A DNA stretch of 63,409 bases, counting the filler, from Microthyrium microscopicum (lineage: Eukaryota), in assembly GCA_010405405.1 (NCBI GenBank). It is 6 parts of 4 records of this genome, joined end to end, with 100 filler letters (N's around TTAATTAATTAA, not from the genome) between each part and the next. Parts side by side here need not be neighbours in the genome. Positions count along the whole stretch, not along the records: positions 36,379 to 63,409 come from MU004242.1; 5 more parts are not named here. One strand, 5' to 3'. Made by a program: the position numbers and the translations under genes. This document shows, piece by piece, positions 41,648 to 54,450 of the stretch. Positions within the stretch are counted from its first letter, which is position 1; each line of letters opens with the position of its first letter. The notes under the pieces are model-generated. The model saw only the letters and a program-made list of their open reading frames with translations. It made no database searches and was not told the DNA's origin.

Positions 41648-43293
41648 AATTATATTTATAGTAGAAGTTAGATTTATATAAAGGCTATAATATAGGTATT
41701 ATAAGTATTAGAACTTAAACTAGTAACGTCTTTTTTAACTTTATTATTTTTAATATTTATAAATATTATAAGTAGCGTATTTCTTTTATATTCTAAGAAT
41801 AAAAAGAGTTAGCTTATAATATATTATAGTTAGTTAAATTTAAGATTATTATTGTTAGTATATTTAAGAATTTTGTAGCCTATATTATTAAAGAGATTAT
41901 AATATAATAAATTAAATCTAAATACTTATTTTAATATAGTTTAGCTAAAGCTATTTGCTATAGTATTATATATTAATAGTACTTAAGAACTATTACGAAA
42001 CGTAGCTTTTTTATATTTAAGATTATAGATAAGTCTAAGCTAGAATAGATTTTTAGTCTATATAATTATTTAAGGTCTATATAGAGATATAATAGCTATT
42101 ATCTATAGTTTATATAATGCTATTACTTTATTATAAATCTATAAGTTAATATTTATAAAATTTACTTAGAAAAGCTCTTATAGAGCGTTATAGTTTATAA
42201 GACTAAGAAAAGTAATTATTAATTATAAATAATATTACTCTATGTTTAGTAGTAATTTACTATAATTAGTACTTTTTAACTTTAAGAGCTTCTCTCTACT
42301 ATAATACTTTTTATTAAGAATTTAGAGATTAAAAGCATAATTAAGTAACTCTTTAGTAGCTATATCTATATTATATTCTTACTTTCTTATTATTAAATTA
42401 ATTATACTAATTATCTTACTAGCTTAACCTATAAATTCTCTAAATAAGTATTTAAGATATTTAATATAATAGTTATAAATACCTTTAAAGTTTTAATATT
42501 TAGTATTTACGTAGAGTTATTATAAGTAGTAAGTACTATATTATTTAGTAAGTAATACTATTTTAGTATTTAGGATATTAGTATTATAGTTATTTATATT
42601 ATCTATATTCTATTATTATATATTAGGATCTTAATTTTAGTAGACTTAGGTTTATGTCTCTTTTAATTTCCTTAAGATAATAGATTTCTTTATCTTAATT
42701 AAGTATCCTTAAATAGTAAAAAATTATAAAAGGTTTATAAGATTAACTTTTATATAGATATTTATATACTTAATAATAAGGTTATTTAATTATACGTTTA
42801 TAATATATATAGCTAAAATCTTTATCTTAAAATTAGAATAGAATATTATAAGGGTAATTAATATTATTATTATAGCTTTTATAATTTTAATTTTACTATA
42901 TCCTAGTCTAGTATAGTAAATATTAAGTCTATCTTTACTATCTTTTAAGAGAATAATATTAATAAACTCTTTTTAATCTTTATAAAGAGCCTTTATAATA
43001 CTAATCTATTCTGCCTTTTTTATAAGATTTTAAATCTCTTCTAAGATAATTCTAAAGTTAGTCTTTAGTAATTATATAGAAGTAGCTATGCCTAGTCTTA
43101 TGAAAGTACTTAGCAACTAGTACTAATTATTATTAATATTAGTGTTATTAATATTAGTAATATTATTATTATTATTATTATTATTAGTGTTACTATTATT
43201 AGTATTATTAGTATTTTTTATAGGCGTAATCTCATCGTCTAACTATTTATTAGAATTAGAAATATCTTTAGGTATATCTTTGTAGGTATTATT

Positions 43294-43320
<27 letters not shown>

Positions 43321-43324
<4 letters not shown>

Positions 43325-43426
43325 GCTATATTTAATTACTAACCCTATTTATTATTAGCTGCTTTTAATTACTAATCCTATTCGTTATTAGCTATTTTTA
43401 ATTACTAACCTTATTTATTATTAGCT
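43321..43426 (-). repeat. 33-bp tandem repeat, 3 units
   Basis: ATTAGCT..TTTAATTACTAACCCTATTT-like unit starting at 43321, 43354 and 43387. Confidence 0.8.
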
Positions 43427-43480
43427 TTAGTAACCTCTAGCTTAGTTTATTAATTCTAAGCTTAAGACTTTATAAGAAGA

Positions 43481-43880
43481 GAGATGCTATTATTAGTAGA
43501 ATAGAGAGACGCTACTATAGTAGTATTTAGAGATTCTATATTAATATTATCTTAGATAGAGAGAAAGAAAGGATAAGAAATATTATTATTAGTAGAATAA
43601 AGAAGCGCTATTATAGTAGTATTTAGGGATTCTATATTAATATTATTTTAGATAAAGAAAGAGAAAAGATAAAAGGTACTATTATTATTAAGATAAAGGA
43701 GCGCTACTATAGTAGTATTTAGGGATTCTATATTAATATTATCTTAGATAAAGAAGTAAGGAGACTAAGAAGTATTATTATTAGTAGAATAAAGGGGCGC
43801 TATTATAGTAGTATTTAAGGATTCTATATTAACGTTATTTTAAATAAAGAAGAAGGAAAGATAAGAGATACTATTATTAT
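43481..43880 (-). repeat. 96-bp (32-codon) tandem repeat, 4 units
   Basis: GCTA(C/T)TATAGTAGTATTTAGGGATTCTATATTAA-like core at 43511, 43607, 43703 and 43799. Confidence 0.9.
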
Positions 43881-46800
43881 TAGCTTTAAATTCTTATTTA
43901 AATTAAGATTTAGTTATATAGTTAGATAAATCTAGATTAAGTAGCTTATTAATTAGCTTTTATAAAGTAAAACTACTACTTATTTCTTTTAAAGTTTTTT
44001 TAGTCTAACTAGTTAAAGGTTTTAATATATTATTCTTAATATTATTAAAAGATAAGCTATTTAATAAAGTATCCTCTTATATCTTATTAATCTTTATAGT
44101 TAACTCTTTTAGCGCGTTAGTATTTATTAATACTTTTTTAGTATACTTTAATATAATACTAAATTCTATCTTTCTAAGAAATAAGAATAAGGTATAAATA
44201 GTAAGAATCTTCTTTAATAAAGGCTAACGTTTTAAGGAGTTTAAGTATAAGCTAAGTACTATAGTAAAGTAGTAATCTAGATTATATTCTTTTTATCTTA
44301 ACTACGCCTAGTTAAGATTATTTATTTAGTATATAATAGGCTTATCTAAATTATATATATATACCTTAACCTCTAGCCCTTTTAGTTTAAGAAAGGCTTT
44401 ATATAGGTTCTTAATTAATTAGCTATAGTTTAAGAGAATAATAACTTTTTTAGAAATTTAGAATAAAGAGAATTAAGTATTATTAGTATATCTATTATTA
44501 AGTATAATAAAAGGATAATATATAATTATAAGTACGTTATAGGTAGCTTAAATATTATAGTTTTAGTTAATAACTTTAGTAGTAAATTAAAAGCTCTTAA
44601 GTCTAGCTCCTAGCTTAAGTTAGATTATATAAATATTACCTTTTTAAAAATAAGGATATTTATATTTATTTACTATAATATAGAAATTAAGGCTTATTAA
44701 GAATTTATAGTCTTTACTTCCTAGTATTTTAGTAGCATATAATATAGTATTATAGAGAGCTTTATTCTACTTATATGCTTAATAAAGCTATTTTATTAGA
44801 TTTATACTTTAGGCTATAAATAGATATAGGACTAAAGGATAGACTATATATAATAAACTTATAATTCTATTATTCTTTACTTTTATAAGATTATTATAAT
44901 TATTTAAAAAGGTAATATAACTCTTTTATAAGCTAAAGATGCTATTTATAAATAAATAATTAATATTAGCAAAAATAATATTTAGATTAGTTTACGCGCC
45001 TTAAGAGATTAGCTAAGAAAGATTCTTTTCTATAAGTATAGCTAAGCTAATATTAATCTTAAAGAACTAAAAGACTATAAGGTACTAATTCTAAATAGTA
45101 TACTAAAAATAGTAAAGAAGTAAGTTAAATTTAGTATCCTTACTACTAACTATTAAATTACTAATTATAGTAGAGTAGACTTAAAAAGAGTTATTTAATA
45201 AATTAAAGTATATCTTAATAGTAAGTATAATTATATAGCCTATAGCTAGTATACTTCTATAGTATTTAATATCTTAATTAATTTTATAAGCTAACTAGAT
45301 AAGTTACTCTTTTAGAATAATTATAAGAAATTTAATAACTATCTAATTTATCTTTTTCTTCTTTATAATTAAATTATTTAGTAAAAAGTAGATAGTTTTA
45401 ATTATTAAAGTTATAATATTTTTTTATATATTATTTCTATTCTTATTAACTTTAAAAGTATTTCTCTTATTTCTAAGATATAGGTAGATAATTAAGATTA
45501 ATATAAACTAAGTAACCTATTTATTATTCTTAATTATAGAGAATTATGCTTTAATATTAAAAATTATAGCCTATTAATACTTCTTTTTTAATCTATATAT
45601 ATATTTAGGCTTACTAGTAATACTATCTTAATTAACTTTATTATTAATACTATTACTTAAGTATTAATTTACTTTATTAACTAGATTATTTCTATTAAGA
45701 GCTACTTTTAGACCTTTCTTTAGTATATTTTCTAAATAAGGCTTACCTAAATATACTTATAAGCTATAGATCTACTAAATTAAAAGCTTACTATTAAATA
45801 GATTTATTATAAGATTATAAATAGTATATTAAGGATTCTTAAGATTTATTTAAGGTATTAGTATAAGGATATATTTAGAGGCTTTTAGACTATTTTAGAC
45901 TTTTACTTTACTTTTATCCTTAGTCTTAGGATTTTATTTACTTAAGTTTAGGAATATAGATAAAGAATCTTCTTTAGTTAGGTAGGTAGAAATAGCTATA
46001 AAATTTAGTCTATATAAGTAATTAACTAAAGATAAAGGAATAAATTTTTTTAAACTTATATTTTAATAGTCTTAGAATTATTTAGCTTATTATTCTTATA
46101 AGGAGTATAAGTTTTATACTAATTAAGAAAAAGTTTTAGGATTATAATAGCTAAATAGCTAGAAATCTTAGTAGGAATTTTATCTTTATCTATATTTTAG
46201 CTATAGATTTAGCTATTATAATTATATACTAATTGCTAAGTATATAAAGCGTTATAAATAGCTATGCTTATAATAAGTAGAGTAAGAGCTAAGAAAGAGA
46301 TAAAAGATATAAAGGATTTAAATAGTATTTTCTTTAAAGAAAAAGAAATATTAAGAAGAGAAGATAAATAATAGTAATAAAAGTAGTAACTTATTTATTA
46401 TACTAAAGCCTAAAGGCATAACTATTAAAAGTTAGCTATTTAGCCTAAACTTTAGATTACTAAGCTATACTATCTATAAAAAGATAAATTTAAAGAATTA
46501 TTTAAGAGGACTTATTTAATTCTTATAATTATAAAGAATAGTAAAAGAAAGAAGTAGTAATAAGAGTAAGATTATAGAAATAGAGTAAAGAATTATTTCC
46601 TTTACTAAAGATATAACTAGAAGTTTATTTATTAATAAAGTTATTATAAAGCTATGCTATTCTATATATAATAACTAAGTATAAGATAGATTTAAAAGAA
46701 CTTATTTAATCTAATAATTATAGAATAGTAGTAAAAAAATAATAATAAGAAAAATTTAGTAGTAAGAAGATAGAAATATTTCCTTTTTTAGTATAGAATC

Positions 46801-48696
46801 TTCTAATTAAATAGATAGAAACCTTATTAAAGCTTATACATAATAACTATATAGTTCTTAAGATTAAGAGAAACTACTCCTTTTTTCTTAAATATTAAGT
46901 ATAGGTATAAGTATTAATTATAGTTTTTTATTTTATTATAATTACTACTAAACCTTATATTATAACTACTAAGTTAGGAACTTAGTTAACTTTATATAGA
47001 TTAAGACTTTTTTTTAAGTTTAAACTTATATTAGCTAAGCTCTACTTTACTACTTTAAAATATCTTCTCTTTAGGTTTTTAATACTTCTTTTCTTACTAT
47101 TATATTTTTACTTTACTACTTCTTTATAATTATTAAATTAAATAAGTTTTTTTAATTTATTTATTCTTTAGCTATTAGTATTTTATATACTTAATAATTA
47201 CTTTAGTTTAGCTTTATAGGTATTAAATTCTTCTTCTTAAGTTAGAAATATAAATTAGTATTCTTAATTTTATAGCTTAAGGCTTTTATATACCTAATTG
47301 TTCCTTTAATAAGGCCTTTAGGCATAATTCTCTTTTATAAATTAATTATAATATTAGATAAGCTATTTTCTTAGTACCCTTACTTTAGAAAGTTTTAATA
47401 TTTTATATATAGACCTTTAGAATTAGCTCTTCTTTAGTATAAATCTTACTTTTAGCTAGTAGTAGCCTATAGGTATAATATTTTATAATAACTAACTTTA
47501 AAGGTATAGTATAATACTACTTAAAGGTACTAAATAAATATTTTAATTAACTTAACTTACTAGCTTTAATATATTCTTACTAAATACTTTTTACTTTTAA
47601 TCTATTACTAATTTATTATATTTAATAAATCTTTCTCTTCTAGTACTATTAACTTTATTAATAAATCTATACTAAATTTTATAAATAATATAATAAAGAT
47701 AATTTATAGAGTAAACTCTAAGTATAATTAGGAAGATTATAAGTAGGCTAAGTAGATAGTTAAAGCTAAGAATAACGTAACTAAGGTAGACCTTTATATA
47801 GAATTAGGCTATTATACTAATAAAATAGTTCTTAATATTATCTCTATTATAAAAAAGAATATTCTTAACTAATTTAGTATAATTAAATAGCCTACTAATA
47901 TTATTAGCTATAATCTTAGATATATTAAAGTTATTAAATATAATTTATAATTTTCTTAAGCTATTATCTTATTAGTATTTAATATCCCTTCTTATAAAGC
48001 CCTAGACTAGATTATATTTTTATATACGTAATATCTTATTAGTAATAAATAAGCTTATTAAGAATAATATAAGTAGTAAAAGTAGCTTTATAATTTATAT
48101 AATTATTTTATTTTAAAGCTAGATATAATCTTAATTATTCTATAAATAACCTAAGTATTTATAATATTTAATAATAAAGATATATATAGTAATTCTACTT
48201 TTAGAGGATATTAGTTATACTATTCTTAGTTTTTTAACTAGCCTTATAGAACTATAAATAGACTATAAGGAAATTATACTTACTATCTAAACCTTATTAA
48301 TAACGTATTATTAAACGTACTATAATTATAAAGTAATAGTCTAAGTTTAGCTATGTCTTATCCTTTATTTAACTAATATAGATACTAAGGCTATATAATA
48401 TTACTACTAGGCTTTTAGAATAGTAATATTTACTATTAACTATAGTAGTAGCCTAGCTATTATAAAATATAACTTCTACTATTTATATAGTATAACTTAA
48501 CTTAATATAACTCTATAATATTTAGATTTAGAGGTATAATTCCGCTTTAGCTAGGTCTTAATAGCTATAGCCTATATTAAACTCTATAGTAATTTAATAC
48601 TAGTAAGAATATAGTGCTAAGCTACGCTAATAAAGGTAATAATAACTTCTTCTAAGGTACTTTAAGAGGTTATTATAGTAATACGTTATAGTATAA

Positions 48697-48858
48697 CTAA
48701 TCTTATATATATATCTTTAATAATAGCTATATATTACTTAGATTTACTTAGCTACTTCCTTTAGCTTTATTAGATTTTCCCTAATTTTATATATATACTT
48801 CTAGTAATAGCTATATATTACTTAGATTTATTTAGCTACTTTCTTTAGCTTTATTAGA
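48697..48858 (+). repeat. 84-bp tandem duplication
   Basis: TAATAGCTATATATTACTTAGATTTA at 48721 and 48805. Confidence 0.85.
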
Positions 48859-48949
48859 CCCTCTTGCGCATATATAATTAAAAAAGAAAAAGCCTACTTT
48901 AAAGAAATACTATAAAACCTAATAGTCTTTATTTACTTTTTAAGAAACT

Positions 48950-51900
48950 AATGCTTAGAATAGTAAAGACTTTAATATAATTATATTAGTATTTATTAAG
49001 GACTTCTTATAAAAATAGGTTATACTAGACCTAAAAAATATATATAAACTAGGCCTTTTTAATTTATTTAAGATAAATATAAATATTTATAAATACGTAG
49101 TTAAGATTAATATAGGGCACTTTAAAAGTATAATAAGCCTAAAGTTAGACTTATCTAAAAATTTAAATATAATTTATAGTATAGGTTAAGTATAGAATAA
49201 TTAAACTATTTTAATAAGTTTAGATATATATAATTTTGCTAGAGTTACTTATAATAATCTTTATAGGCTAAGAAAGATTACTTTTAAGGTTACCTAGGTT
49301 AAATCTTCCTTAAAGAAAACTTATACTAGTAAATAAAAGTATAAGGCTTTAGTTACTTCTATTCTAAGCCCTTTTCTTTTATTTTAAAATAGATATAATA
49401 AGAAACCTTATACTTAATTTTATATAGATTCTTAGCTAACTACTTAACTTACCTTTATTACTAAACTATTAACACGTAAATATAATATATATAAAGATTT
49501 TATTCTTAACTAATTTAATAAAGATAGTAAGGTTATTAAAGATAATAAAAATAGTAAGGTTACTAAAGATAATAAAGATAGTAAGGTTATTAAAAATAAT
49601 AAAGATAGCTTAGATAAGGATTCTAAAGATAGCTTAGTTAAGAATTCTAAAATAGAGTTAAATAGTAATTTAAATAATTCTAAAGAAGAAGACTTAGAAT
49701 TTTTGCTAGTATTACTTAGTAAAATAAAGTAAAAGTATAATAATAATAAGAATAATATAGAAAGAGTTAGTAGTAGCTATAATCTTTTAGTATCTATAAA
49801 TAAAAAGAAATTTAAGAATAAATCTAGTTCTTACGATTATAAAGAATAATAGACTTTAGTATAAATAAGCTTATTTAATAGGAAAAATAAAGATAAGTCT
49901 AAATATAAGAAGATAAAAATAAAATTAACTCTAATCTTAGAAGTAATTAATAAGAATAGTAGCTAAGAATATTATACTTCTTTAAGCTTACTAGTCTAAA
50001 TATTATAGCCTTAGAATATTACTACTAATATAGAGATAGAAAGCGTATAATAAGATTAAGTACTATTTCTAAATAGCGCTAGACTTATAAATACTACTAT
50101 TATATTTTCTTAAGAACTTAAAAAGCGTATTATTAAGCTAGAGATAAAAAGCGTATAATAAGATTAAGTACTACTTCTAAATAGCGCTAGATCTATAGAT
50201 ATTACTATTATATCTTTTTAAGGACTTAAAGAGCGTATTATTAAGTTAGAGATAAAGAGCATATAATAAGATTAAGTATTACTTCTAGATAGCACTAAAT
50301 CTATAAATACTACTACTATATTTTCTTAAGGACTTAAAGAGCCTATTATTAAGCTAAAAATAAAGAATATATAATAAAATTAAGTACTACTTTTAAATAG
50401 TACTAAACCTATAAATACTACTACTATATCTTTTTAAGAACTTAAAGAGTACGTTATTAAGCTAAAGATAAAAGGCATATAATAAGATTAAGTATTATTT
50501 CTAAATAGTACTAAACCTATAAATACTATTATTATATCTTCTTAAAGACTTAAAGAGCGTGTTATTAAGCTAGAGATAGAGAGTATATAATAAGATTAAG
50601 TATTACTTTTAGATAGTGTTAGACCTATAAATACTACTACTATATCTTCTTAAGGACTTAAAGAGCATATTATTAAGTTAGAGATAAAGAGCGTATAATA
50701 AGATTAAGTATTACTTCTAGATAATAATAAACTTACATAGCTTTAAAGCCTTAAGCCTCTTATTAGTAATATATAGATAAGAGATAATAAAGTATAAGTA
50801 CTAATTTTTATAAATATTAATTATCTATTTAAAATATATTGTTTATAAAGACTTAATTCTACTATTCTAAATCGTATTATATTATTCTTTACTTTATAAA
50901 AATTAAGTTATTTAATAATAGCTAAACCTTCTTTTAATTATTTAAGAAAATATTATAGCTCTCTAAGTACGCTAGCTTTTTTAACTATACTATCTTTTTA
51001 AAATAAGCTATCTTCTTTTAACTATACTAAACCTTTAAGTTCTTTTAAATATATTATTAATTTTATTAGCGTTATAAACGTTATTAATCTTACTACTAAT
51101 AACTTAGAATTATTACTATTTATAGTAAACGTTCTTATAAATACTAAAGACTTAATTAAGAAAGATATTGCTATACTAGACGATTTTATAGCTACTAAAG
51201 TAATTAATTTAACTATAAAAAAGGTTATTACGCTATCTAAATCTTAGTTATTAGACTTATTATCTTCTTTATAGAATAAAGTAAATATATTACATAGTAT
51301 AGAAGTAAAATACCTTTAAGAGTTATAACCTTATAAGGATAAGTAATAATATAATTATAATAGTAAAGATAGTAATATAAGAATTAATATATAGTAAGCT
51401 TATAAGAAATAAATTAAACCTTATTTATCTAATATATATAAACTAATACTTAATACTATTAGCTCTTATATACTAAAGACTTCTAAAAATAAATATATCT
51501 AAGAATAAACTAGTTTTCTTATTAATTATTTTAATTATATTAAACGTAGATCTATTATATTTAAGTCTTTTATAATAAGTAAAGCTCTATATACTAAAGC
51601 TTTATAAGTTAAACTATTTTATAATATATATATAAAATATAAAAAGTTTAGAATAATTAAAGATAAGAATTTAAAAGCTTTTTTTGCTATAAGCTTCTAT
51701 ATAGGACTATTATAAAGTAAAACTTATAAATACTTAATACTTAAAGACTAGAGAAAGATATATATATTTTTTAACTATAAAGATAAAAGTAATATATTAA
51801 ACTTTATTATTCTTAAATTTAAAGTTAACGTTTAAATTTATTAAGTTATTAGAGTAATAATTATATATAAGTATATTATTCTTACGTAAAGCCTTTATAT

Positions 51901-54450
51901 TATAAATATTCTAGGCTTAGAGAAGATTATTTAGATACTAATTATTATTTAAATAAATAGTTAATAAATTAAAAGTATAATAACGTATATAAAAGAGTAG
52001 CACCTTATAAAGAAAAAGAAACCTAAGTTTCTTAAGGAATATCTATTAAACGTTTAAGTCCTTAGTTATTAAGGCCCTAAGAATAAAGAGAAAGGTTCTT
52101 ATACATAGTTAAGAAGTCTTAACTAACCTATAATATACTATTATTCTAAGAAATTATTAGTATAGTTAAAATTTACTATAACTTACGTTAACCTTAAAAA
52201 CTACTAGTATAATACTTTTATTATTAATATAAACTATATATAAATAATTATATCTATAATCTTAGTTTAGTTAAATAAATAGAAAAAGGTAATTAATACC
52301 TTAAAATATAAAAGTAAACCTAATTAAGTATTTATTCTCTACGTTAACTATTTAAGCATAAAACCTAAGTTTATATTCCTAAATAAAGTTTCTTATATAT
52401 ATAGACTTTTTACTAATTTTAAAACTAATTTTAGAATACTTAAGTAAACTAGTATTATTATACTAATAATATTAGGTTTATATATATCCTAAGTTTTATA
52501 ACTAATTATAAAACTCTTATAAGTATAGTTAAAAAAATAGAAAATTAGATATTATAGAACTTTAGAACCTAAGAACTATCTTTATACTAATATAGAATTA
52601 GTAGTAAATAGAAATAAACGCTTATATAGTTAAAGATACTTTATAGTTAAAGTTTTAGTTTTAGATAAGTTTTATAGATATTAAATACTAAATAACTTAA
52701 CTTATTCTAATATTAATAAAGAAACCTATATATCTAGTTATATACTATTAGAGTACTATTATAGTATATAGTCTAAAGCTACTATATTAAGTTAATTTAA
52801 GATATATTATAATACTATAGTAAGCTAACTAAACCTAATTACTTACTTAGTAAATATATAATATATTTACTTTTTTAATATTAATAAAGATATTAGAGAG
52901 TTTCTTAAAAATAAATTAAAAAAAGATTAGGTAATTTTTACTAATAACTATATATTATTTATCTCTCTATTACTTAACGCTATTTTTAGTTAGATTATTA
53001 TACTTATTATAAAAGATATAAAATTACGTAAATATCTTAATAAAAAAGAAGAGAAATAGCTTATAAGAGAATAAGCTTAAGCAAGCACTACTTTAGCTAG
53101 TATATATACCTTATTTAAACTCTACTATATAATAAATATAGAGCTTTTTAGTTAAAAGTATATTATATTACTTTTAAATAAAATAGGGCTTATTATTATT
53201 AATATAATAGACTTAAAGGTAATATAGCTTATAGATAAGCTTAATAAATACATAGTAGCGTAAATAAATAAACTAAGGATAAGTACTATTAATAACTTTA
53301 CTACTTAGCGTAAAAGTAAACTATATTAAGTTAAATAGATATAAGCTAGGCTAGCTAATTATATAGTTTACTAAATCTTTATTAAGATTATATATTATAG
53401 ACTTATTATTAAGATATCTTATTTATTAATATTAAAATAAGTAAAGAAAATTAAAGAATAAGCTAAAAATAATCTTTATTATATACTAATAAGAATTAAT
53501 AGTAGCTTATTTCTAAAGCTTAATTCTAAGAAACTAGCTAAGCTTAAGGATAATCTTTTTATTAAAAAAGCTTCTTAGTTTTTAAAAATAAGTATTTAAA
53601 TATAGTACGTAGTAAATATTATTAAAAAGGTTTATACTAACTTAGAAATATACTTTCTTAATAAAGAGTAAAAGAAATAAAGCTTATAATAAAGTAAGGT
53701 CTTAATTATTATAAAGTATCTTATTTTTATTAGTATAATTATAGTAGCGCTTTAATATATAATTAAGAAATTTAATCTCTAAGTATCTTATTTTAGTAAA
53801 ATTAGTACGTTAAGTAAAAAGTTATTTTTAATTAAAATAGGCTATTTAAGAACTAGCTTATTTTTATATAATAAAGCTAATATTTATTACTTCTTCTAAA
53901 ATATTCTAAAGTTTACTATAAGTAGTTAAATACTATTAAGAGTAGATAAATATTTCTTTAATAAGAATATCTAGATTTTAGTTAGAATATATAATAGCTA
54001 TAGTACTAGAAGTAACTAGTAGTAAGCAAAGTATCTAATTATAATATTTATTCTAATATTACTAAGTAATTAAACTTAGGGTGCTAAAAAAGTTCTTTAA
54101 GTAAGTAATATAATAAAGTATATTTTAATTAATATATTATACTTAGATAATAATCTAATTAATATACTATTATAGAATATTAATAAGCTTTAATTAAATA
54201 CTATAGGTTTTATAGAGGCTTATTTTAAAGGTTAAGTAGTATAATTAATAGGACTTAAGGATTTATAAATATATTTTAAATTAGAACTAACTTAGCCTAA
54301 GTTAACTAAACTAATATCCTAACTTAAGGAAGCCTTAGCTTCTTTATCTATAGAAAAGATACGAAAATACCTAAAGAATATTAAAAATAATATATACTAA
54401 AATATTAAAGAGAGTTTAGTTATAATTAAGATAAAGCTTAAAAATAATAA
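48950..54450 (+). pseudogene. SNF2-family (SF2) helicase/ATPase with a repeat-rich N-terminus, RIP-inactivated (~1800 codons; ends approximate)
   Basis: All features lie in one plus frame. These are the acidic 27-bp repeats (49520-49610), the 108-bp repeats, motif I ata aat att cta ggc tta gag aag att att tag = xDxPGLGKTxQ (51902-51934), motif II gtt tta gtt tta gat aag ttt tat = VLVLDEFH (52652-52675), motif IV KVLII (53696-53710), and motifs V-VI ILVGTYxxxGTGxNWQRAKYLI...QGAGRVLRVG (53975-54110). Confidence 0.8.
50030..50725 (+). repeat. 108-bp (36-codon) tandem repeat, 7 core motifs, in frame with the SNF2 ORF
   Basis: TAAGATTAAGTA(C/T)TA-like core at 50051, 50159, 50267, 50375, 50483, 50591 and 50699. 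The de-RIP unit reads approximately EMESVQQDQVLLPDGAGPVDAAAMSSQGLEERVVKL. Confidence 0.93.

Larger units (their letters stand above)
40380..45300 (-). pseudogene. Long RIP-destroyed ORF (~1600 codons) with coding tandem repeats and a possible divergent SNF2-like helicase region
   Basis: One minus frame contains the 96-bp repeat, poly-AAT tracts (probably Asp-rich before RIP), a Walker-A-like GLxIYxTGxGYGKT (~42890-42930) and a motif V/VI-like GxTMxxxxxxRVxFLxxxxxxxxLEYQAxxxxxR (~40475-40580). No convincing DExx motif was found. Confidence 0.4.

Noticed and set aside
41850..41872. Apparent SNF2 motif III (FSGTP-like) for the minus-strand ORF
   Set aside because: It lies in a different frame from the Walker-A-like and motif VI-like segments, so it was not used as evidence.
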